Shown: in pieces, positions 61,817 through 64,000 of the stretch
Position numbering within the stretch: position 1 is the first letter of the stretch
How the letters are laid out: the number at the start of each line of letters is the position of its first letter
Origin: an uncultured Nitrospiraceae bacterium
GTDB taxonomy: Bacteria; Nitrospirota; Thermodesulfovibrionia; Thermodesulfovibrionales; UBA6898
NCBI GenBank assembly: GCA_963811165.1
Contig: CAWEQH010000010.1
Span: forward strand, 640,001-704,000
Length of the DNA: 64,000 nt
Direction of reading: 5' to 3'
Notes under the pieces: model-generated
Database searches by the model: none
What the model was told of the DNA's origin: nothing
The model's input: the letters and a program-made list of their open reading frames with translations, nothing else
Position numbers and translations under genes: made by a program

Positions 61817-61962
61817 GTCATTCCGGCAGTGTGTTGAGCCGGAATCCAGTGACGTGGCCTTAAAGTCGCTGGATGCCGGATCAGGTCCGGCATGACCATA
61901 CAAGCAAAGCATGCCCCGGTGAAAACCGGGGTCCCTGGATGCCGGATCAAGTCCGGCATGAC
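61817..61962. repeat. Two tandem REP-like nested palindromes (GTCAT...ATGAC family)
   Basis: GTCATTCCGGC..GCCGGAATCCAGTGAC..GTCGCTGGATGCCGGATCAGGTCCGGCATGAC, then a second unit ending CTGGATGCCGGATCAAGTCCGGCATGAC. Confidence 0.75.
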
Positions 61963-62071
61963 GGCATACATAACATAATCTTACTCGTAACTGAAGCCGT
62001 ACCCGTGTATTCAACTGCTGTGTCTTCATAACCCATATCTGAATGGATACTGCCTTCGTCAATACCACGGG

Positions 62072-63944
62072 CTAACCGCCCGCGGCCTTCAGCTCGCCGA
62101 GTTTTTCCTCAAACTCCCGCGCTTTTTTCCCAAGCTCCCCGGTAAGGGTTTCGAGTTCCTCAAAGAGAACATCTATCGTCCCTTTTGCCTCGTGGACCGA
62201 CTTCGAAAGCCTCCTTATGGATTCGCCGTCTCCTTTTACCGAGGCCTCAACGAGTGCCTGCGTCTCCTTTGTAACGGTATCTTCGAGTTGGATGATCGCC
62301 TGCTCCACCTCATCGATCCTCGCCTGGAGCGGTCCGATAGTCCTTGAGCGGCCGTTGATCAGTTCGGCCTTTATTCTTCTTAGGTCCTTTCTGTTTATCC
62401 CGCTGTCTTTTCCGTTCGGCCCGGACCTTTTTGGAGCGGCCTCTTCTTCCTCGTCCTTCCATCCCTGCCTGTCGAGAAAGTCCTGGTAACTCCCCTCGAA
62501 CGCCTCCACCTTGCCGTCGTCGAAGACCACAAGCCTGGTTGCCAGGGCATGCAGGATCATCTCGCTGTGGGTGACGATCACCACTGCACCGTCGAATGCA
62601 TCTATCGCCTCAAGAAGCGAATCGATCGACTCCATATCAAGATGGTTGGTCGGTTCGTCGAGCAAAAGAAGATTGGCGGGACTCACAAGGAGTTTGGCAA
62701 GAAGCACCCGGCTCTTTTCTCCCCCCGAAAGCACGCCCACTTTTTTAAGGGCGTTGTCTCCTTCGAACATCATCGTCCCGCAGATCGTCCTTGCGGCCTT
62801 GCGGTTATAATCAGGATGCGCGTCCAGGACCTCTGATTCGACCGTCTTTGCCGGATCGAGCCGTTGGATGTTCGTCTGTCCGAAATAGGCCGGCAGGGAC
62901 CTTGGATGTCTTGCTACGGCACCCTTGAGCGGCTGCAGTTCGCCCGCCAGGAGGTTCAGAAGAGTCGTCTTGCCCCTGCCGTTTTTCCCGATCACGGCTA
63001 TCCGGTCCCTTTTCCCGATCTTTAGGTCCAGGCCGCCTATCAGCGGGGGACCGGAGGGGTCAAAGGAAAAAGAGACGCCCTCTGCCTCGATAAGATATTT
63101 GCCCGTAAACGGGGCGGCCGTAAACGCGAAGTCGAGGTCCTTTATCTCCGACATCCTGTCGAGTCTTTCCTTCTTTTGGAGGGCCTTTATCTTCGACTGG
63201 ACCGCCCGCGCCCTCGTTGCCTGCGCCCTGAAGCGGTTTATAAACTGCTCGATGTCTTTTCTCTTCTTTTCCTCATTGACCCTGGTCTGTTCATAGACCT
63301 CCTCCTCCATCAGGATCTGCTGATAGAGCTTGTCGGTCGGCCCGGCGATCTTCCGTATAGCCGGTGCGATGGATGCCCATGGTATGAGTTGTGACACCGT
63401 CCATAAAGTCCCTGTCGTGGGTGATCAGGATCATCTCTCCCTTCCAGGACCTCAGGAACCTGGTGAGCCAGCGTATCGAGACCACGTCGAGGTAGTTGGT
63501 AGGCTCGTCGAGGAGGAGCAGGTTCGGCTCCGACACCAGCAGTTTCGCCAGGTTCAGCCGCACCTGGTAGCCCCCTGAGAGGTCAAGCGGACTGCGGGAG
63601 AAGTCCTCGCCTGAAAACCCGAGCCCCATCAAGATGGTCTCGACTTTGTAAGATTCGTCCCTTCCGTCTTCGAAGGACCTCAGTCCAAGACACCCCTCTT
63701 TCAGGACAGAGTTCTCTGTAAAATTCAGATGCTGTGAGAGATACCCGATCGTATAGTTGTTCGGAATACCGATGACCCCGGAATCCGGTTTCTCAAGGCC
63801 CGTTATCATCCTAAAGAGGGTCGTCTTGCCGTGGCCGTTCCTGCCGACCAGACCGATCCGCTCGCCGGCATTGACCGTAAAGCCGATATCGTCGAAGATG
63901 ACCTGGGTGCCATAGGACTTAGAGAGGTTGCTTACCTGTATCAT
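62072..63944 (-). pseudogene. ABC-F family ATPase split by a 1-nt frameshift near 63359
   Basis: NBD1 ([24 protein letters not shown]) in 63291-63944 and linker plus NBD2 (GKNGRGKTT, LSGGEK, DEPTNHLD) in 62072-63397; removing one base joins GIHRTG to IRKIAG. Confidence 0.85.
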
Positions 63945-64000
63945 AGACCCTGTATTTTAACGGAAGGAAGATGATTAAGTCATGAAGAGCGATTCACTTT

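Noticed and set aside
61790..62068. 92-aa ORF containing RHAGLDPAS repeats
   Set aside because: Translation of the palindromic REP-like repeats; not a credible gene

Overview
Bacterial chromosomal window, mostly ~50-55% GC and gene-dense; the gene content and style suggest an anaerobic Nitrospirota (Thermodesulfovibrionia-like) or Desulfobacterota-like organism, which is inference only. In order: a glycogen-to-trehalose locus (treZ 3' part, an inverted GH57/DUF3536 gene, treY); a sulfur-relay/envelope-modification neighbourhood (B12-radical SAM, frameshifted FAD oxidoreductase, TusA-like protein, YeeE/YedE, GT-C glycosyltransferase, DsrE-like protein and a DsrH/TusB-like gene missed by the ORF track); LPS heptose genes (waaC-like, WaaF-GmhB fusion); alr and tatA; 6S RNA-rarA-rny-ymdB; a small accessory block; an RpoD-like sigma factor; a complete E. 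coli-type nuoA-N operon with gnd and a Rieske plus cytochrome b-triheme c fusion upstream; a large delta-60 repeat surface protein; clpS-clpA-aat; a tightly packed MATE / atypical CysRS paralog / B12-radical SAM operon; PilZ proteins; and a frameshifted ABC-F gene. The best candidate for an undescribed system is the MATE + CysRS paralog + radical SAM operon. Its CysRS-like protein keeps the HIGH and KMSKS motifs but has a remodelled Zn/cysteine pocket and lacks the C-terminal anticodon domain. Non-coding points of interest are an inverted pair of ~200-bp structured repeats that share motifs and helices, a 163-bp MITE with 17-bp TIRs and 14-bp flanking direct repeats, and several REP-like palindromes. 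No CRISPR array, rRNA or tRNA was seen. All calls come from reading motifs by eye; no database search was run.
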